A DNA stretch of 64,000 nucleotides from Terriglobia bacterium (GTDB lineage Bacteria; Acidobacteriota; Terriglobia; Acidiferrales; UBA7541). The DNA is taken from NCBI GenBank assembly GCA_963695545.1, contig OY968796.1:2880001-2944000 (forward strand), given 5' to 3'. The notes under the pieces were generated by a model, which worked only from the letters and a program-made list of their open reading frames with translations, was not told where the DNA came from and searched no databases. The position numbers were made by a program, and so were the translations under genes. Positions 62,484 to 64,000 of this stretch are shown one piece after another (the stretch's first letter is position 1; every line of letters begins with the position of its first letter).

Positions 62484-62714
62484 ATGAGGAATTCAAGGCA
62501 GAAGTCTGCGCTCGATAAATCTGTCGCGAAGGCTGCCGCCATCATCGCCGCGCATCTCAGCACGTTGACGATGGCCGAATCGAAGGCCATGCGCCGCGAC
62601 ATTCACAAGCTGGCCGTTAAGTCTTCCCGCTCCGCAGCGCGCGGAAAAGCTTCAGGATCTCGGCGAAGCGGGGATCCTCGTCCTTTATCCCGTGCTTCCG
62701 CAAGACCTGCATAA
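62484..62714 (+). CDS. small basic hypothetical protein
   Basis: TTGCCC-N17-TATTCT promoter ends 9 nt before ATG. Confidence 0.45.
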   Translation: MRNSRQKSALDKSVAKAAAIIAAHLSTLTMAESKAMRRDIHKLAVKSSRSAARGKASGSRRSGDPRPLSRASARPA

Positions 62715-62802
62715 ATTCTCGCTCGTCGCCATATTTGAAAATCTGCTCAAGGTCACGCAATAGCGCATTCTGTTCAGCGCGAGTGTGCTTGAACTTTTCC
62801 AC
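62617..62802 (-). CDS. small helical hypothetical protein, convergently overlapping the previous ORF
   Basis: Protein-like amphipathic sequence; TGaTATATT 6 nt before GTG. Confidence 0.55.
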   Translation of the reverse strand: MEKFKHTRAEQNALLRDLEQIFKYGDEREFMQVLRKHGIKDEDPRFAEILKLFRALRSGKT

Positions 62803-62910
62803 CGGCGGAATATATCATCCGGAAAGTATCCTAGGAGTACAGCTAGCGTGGGTTGGCCTCTGGAGTGGTGCCGGAAAGGGACAAGGAGCTTGGCCGTTCG
62901 CTCCGGCCGG

Positions 62911-63426
62911 ATGGGGCCGGCGATTTTTCTTATCCTGCCGGTCCTCGCACTTGCGTACATGGCCAGTTGCGCAACCGACAAGGCAACGCCACCGCCCTCT
63001 GAGAAAGTGGATCGCATCATCGTCAAAAAGTCGGCACACACGATGACCCTGATGCATGGCGACGAAATCCTTAAATCGTATAAAGTTGCGCTGAGTCGCG
63101 ATCCCATCGGACCGAAAGAGCGGCAGGGCGACCACAAGGTACCCGAAGGTGCGTACGTAATCGACGCAAAGAATCCTAATAGCCGATTCCATATGGCACT
63201 GCATGTCTCTTATCCAAACGCAGCGGACAGCGAGAGGGCGCGCAAGCTCGGAGTGAATCCTGGGGGCGACGTCGAAATCCACGGTTTGGAACGCGGGTTC
63301 GGCTGGATTGGTAGCCTGCAACGCGACGTCGACTGGACAAATGGATGTATCGCTGTGACGGACTCGGAGATCGAAGAGATCTGGCCGCTAGTTCCGGTCG
63401 GAACGCCCGTCGAGATACGCCCCTAA
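62911..63426 (+). CDS. L,D-transpeptidase (YkuD family), putative lipoprotein
   Basis: GPKERQGDHKVPEG, SYPN, IHG...WTNGCIA. Confidence 0.92.
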   Translation: MGPAIFLILPVLALAYMASCATDKATPPPSEKVDRIIVKKSAHTMTLMHGDEILKSYKVALSRDPIGPKERQGDHKVPEGAYVIDAKNPNSRFHMALHVSYPNAADSERARKLGVNPGGDVEIHGLERGFGWIGSLQRDVDWTNGCIAVTDSEIEEIWPLVPVGTPVEIRP

Positions 63427-63429
63427 CGA

Positions 63430-64000
63430 TTACAAAAACAGCGGCGCCATTACAAACGTCACCGTGCACAGCAGCTTGATCAAGACGTGCAGCGACGGCC
63501 CCGCCGTATCCTTGAACGGATCGCCCACCGTATCGCCCACCACGGCAGCCTTATGCGCTTCCGATTTCTTTCCGCCCAGTTCGCCGGTCTCGATATATTT
63601 CTTGGCGTTGTCCCACGCGCCGCCGCCGTTGTTCATCATCGTCGCAAGAAGCACGCCCGAAATTGTGCCGACCATCAGCACCGCGGCCACGGCTTCCGCG
63701 CCCATCGTGGGATCTAGAGCCGTCTTGAAGTATCGGAATATGAAGCCGACCGCGACCGGCACGCCCACCGCCAAGAGTCCCGGCGCGACCATGGCCTTCA
63801 GCGCCCCGCGCGTCACCAAATCCACGCAGCGCGCGTAGTCCGGCTTCGACGTGCCGGCCATAATTCCCGGATCGTCTCGAAATTGCCGCCGCACTTCCTG
63901 GATCACCAACTGCGCGGTTCTGCCCACGGCCTGAATCGCCCACGAGCTAAACAGAAACGTCAGCGCCGCGCCGATCAACGCCGCGATGAACACCGGCGGC
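63430..64000 (-). CDS. hppA: membrane-bound Na+/H+-translocating pyrophosphatase, 3' part
   Basis: NNGGGAWDNAKK, GDTVGDPFKDTAGPS. Confidence 0.95.
   Translation of the reverse strand, partial: PPVFIAALIGAALTFLFSSWAIQAVGRTAQLVIQEVRRQFRDDPGIMAGTSKPDYARCVDLVTRGALKAMVAPGLLAVGVPVAVGFIFRYFKTALDPTMGAEAVAAVLMVGTISGVLLATMMNNGGGAWDNAKKYIETGELGGKKSEAHKAAVVGDTVGDPFKDTAGPSLHVLIKLLCTVTFVMAPLFL

Overview
High-GC bacterial chromosomal segment whose gene content and intergenic repeats suggest Acidobacteriota (Terriglobia-like; inference). Left to right it holds: two divergent RND efflux loci; a Ser/Thr kinase with beta-propeller repeats; a TlpA; a GT2/PTPS/PTPS/folE pterin cluster; rpsO-pnp; a REP-like palindrome cluster; a peptidoglycan synthesis/recycling cluster (murA, murQ, DUF5715-like peptidase, NagZ-type GH3 fused to a serine hydrolase, NamZ, SSS transporter, BadF-type sugar kinase); a reductive pyrimidine catabolism cluster (hydA, preT, preA, NCS1, ALDH, plus a frameshifted aminotransferase and ureidopropionase) with an archaeal-type ACT/DUF5612-like gene; DUF1800/DUF1501; tandem OmpA paralogs; an L,D-transpeptidase; and the 3' part of a membrane pyrophosphatase. 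No tRNA, rRNA, CRISPR array or transposase was recognised. The most unusual signal is a ~300-bp AT-rich non-coding element present twice (about 19767-20097 on +, about 50653-50981 on -). Each copy has its own near-consensus sigma70 promoter, identical sequence blocks at conserved spacing and an internal inverted-repeat architecture. All family calls rest on motif recognition by eye, not database searches.
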